NCBI GenBank assembly: GCA_963662465.1
Contig: OY759599.1
Coordinates: 7,104,001 to 7,168,000 of the forward strand
From: Desulfatiglandales bacterium
GTDB lineage: Bacteria; Desulfobacterota; DSM-4660; Desulfatiglandales; Desulfatiglandaceae
Direction of reading: 5' to 3'
DNA: 64,000 bases
Below the pieces are notes generated by a model. That model was not told where the DNA came from, made no database searches, and saw only the letters and a list, made by a program, of their open reading frames with translations. Position 1 is the stretch's first letter. Every line of letters starts with the position of its first letter. The position numbers and the translations under genes are program-made. Positions 62,506 through 64,000 of this stretch are shown piece after piece.

Positions 62506-63309
62506 ATGGTGCGGTCTAAAAACGATTTATCCGGTTTTATAAACCGGAACATGAATTCAACCATAGGCGTTGTGGCGGCGCTTCCTGGTGAGGCAAAGGC
62601 GTTGGTTGGGCGACGGGACTGGCAAGAAGCGGAAGGACTTTTGTATTGCCGATCGTTTTTAAAAGACGGAACCGAGTTGCTGGTGGTCCAGTCCGGTATG
62701 GGAATGGATAATGCCTTTTCCGCCGCCATGTGGCTGGTCGGTAAAAACCTGAGAGCGTTGGGGGGGGTCGGTGTTTCAGGTGGGTTGGATCCGGGGTTGG
62801 GGCCAGGCGACATGGTGTTTGCCGATGCGGTTTTCATGGAGCGGGAAGATGGGGTTTATCGGGTCTGGAAAAGGGATGAGAGTGGTTCTAAAGGGGCATT
62901 GGATGGTTTAGCCGCGAAAGGCGTAACTGCCCGTTGGGGACCGATCGTTACGGTTCGCCGGGCGGTTTTGAATGCCGCGAGTAAAAAGGCGCTTTTTGAC
63001 CGAACAGGAGCGATGGCTGTTGATATGGAGACCGCGGGTGTGGCGCAGGTTGCGAACCAATCAGACCTTCCCTTTTTTGCCGTCCGGGCCGTCTGTGATT
63101 CAGCGGATGTTTCCATCCCTGAAGTCCTCTATCAATGTGTTGATCAGAAAGGCTCTCCCCGGATTTTTTATCTTTTTCGGCTGCTTCTTCGAAGGCCTTT
63201 ACTGCTATCTCATTTATTGCGCATGAAAAGAGATTTTGCCGCGGCCCTTGGTGGTGTGGCGTACGTGCGGCGTTATTTATCAAGTTATGGGGGTGAGGTC
63301 AATGAATGA
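62506..63309 (+). CDS. Nucleoside phosphorylase family protein (HpnG-like)
   Basis: GVSGGLDPGLGPGD, AVDMETAG, AVRAVCD; follows shc. Confidence 0.8.
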   Translation: MVRSKNDLSGFINRNMNSTIGVVAALPGEAKALVGRRDWQEAEGLLYCRSFLKDGTELLVVQSGMGMDNAFSAAMWLVGKNLRALGGVGVSGGLDPGLGPGDMVFADAVFMEREDGVYRVWKRDESGSKGALDGLAAKGVTARWGPIVTVRRAVLNAASKKALFDRTGAMAVDMETAGVAQVANQSDLPFFAVRAVCDSADVSIPEVLYQCVDQKGSPRIFYLFRLLLRRPLLLSHLLRMKRDFAAALGGVAYVRRYLSSYGGEVNE

Positions 63310-63580
63310 TGAAAAATACGAGAGGGCAAGAAAAAGAGTTGAGGAACTGAAAAAATTTTATGGGAACCTGATTTCCTATGCTGTTATCAATGTCATGCTG
63401 ATTGTTATCAATCTCCTGACAAGTCCTGATCATTTGTGGTTTTATTGGGTGACCATTTTTTGGGGTCTATCCATTCTGCTTCATGCTTCACGGGTTTTTC
63501 TGGTCAAAGGAAAGCCGCTCGGTAAAGGGTGGGAAGAAAAGAAAATAAAAGAGATCCTGGAAAAGGAAGAAAACCTTTGA
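63302..63580 (+). CDS. 2TM domain protein
   Basis: YERARKRVEELKKFY...WFYW...WG...WEEKKIKE. Confidence 0.85.
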   Translation: MNDEKYERARKRVEELKKFYGNLISYAVINVMLIVINLLTSPDHLWFYWVTIFWGLSILLHASRVFLVKGKPLGKGWEEKKIKEILEKEENL

Positions 63581-63664
63581 AAATGACGGTGTCCTTCATT
63601 CCCTGCTTCTCATCCACCAGCGTCGGAATTTTTGTTTCCCTGAACAGCAAAAAGGAGGATAGCA

Positions 63665-64000
63665 ATGAACAAGTATGTGCCAATAATTTTTTCGGTTATT
63701 CTTTTTCTCATGGTTGTTTTTCCCTGGCAGGCATTGGCGGTCAACATTACGCAAACAAAAGCCGCAATAGGCGAAAGTTGTCAAGCGACGGGGGATAATT
63801 CGACCGCCATGGGCTTGTCTACCAAAGCGATCGGGTTAGTTTCCACAGCCATGGGTAATGGAAGTTTCGCGCAAGGGAACTACTCCACCTCAATGGGCTT
63901 TGGCACTTTTGCAAGCGGGGTAGCTTCTACCGCCATGGGCAATTATGCTATAGCAAGTGGGGGGAGCTCCACAGCTACGGGTTATGACACAGAAGCTGGT
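63665..64000 (+). CDS. Exported protein with YadA-head/Hep_Hag-like 14-aa repeats (partial)
   Basis: Signal peptide MNKYVPIIFSVILFLMVVFPWQALA, then (A.G..STAMG..T)n. Confidence 0.75.
   Translation, partial: MNKYVPIIFSVILFLMVVFPWQALAVNITQTKAAIGESCQATGDNSTAMGLSTKAIGLVSTAMGNGSFAQGNYSTSMGFGTFASGVASTAMGNYAIASGGSSTATGYDTEAG

Overview
64-kb window, probably from an anaerobic deltaproteobacterium (Desulfobacterota-like; inferred from gene content). It has three zones. (1) 1-21.1 kb is a hypervariable array next to a polysaccharide sugar-transferase gene. It holds about ten small toxin-antitoxin cassettes, DinD, an Rpn nuclease and four four-helix-bundle (TIGR02436/IVP/bAvd-like) gene copies. These are separated by a co-oriented CTCGCGCA(A/G)AG(A/G)CGC motif (about 13 copies), by heptamer tandem arrays that flip orientation across each four-helix-bundle gene, and by short copied fragments of polysaccharide-locus genes. 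Two MITE types and a group II intron are also inserted here. (2) 21.1-42 kb is a nest of mobile DNA: three copies of a 2006-bp Mutator/IS256-like IS that have split and partly inverted an IS1634; an IS66 carrying DUF4338, itself hit by an IS1182/IS5-like element; a second truncated IS66 whose tnpC carries a RIT element; and a decayed type-3 BREX remnant. The right subterminal DNA of the RIT resembles both arms of its target. (3) 42-64 kb is core genome: a large unknown protein, an ABC/acyl-CoA ligase cluster, TetR(FadR-like)-etfBA, tRNA-Met, fabD, a probable selenocysteine O6-methylguanine methyltransferase, a radical SAM gene, squalene-hopene cyclase and an hpnG-like gene. All calls come from reading the sequence; no database searches were run.
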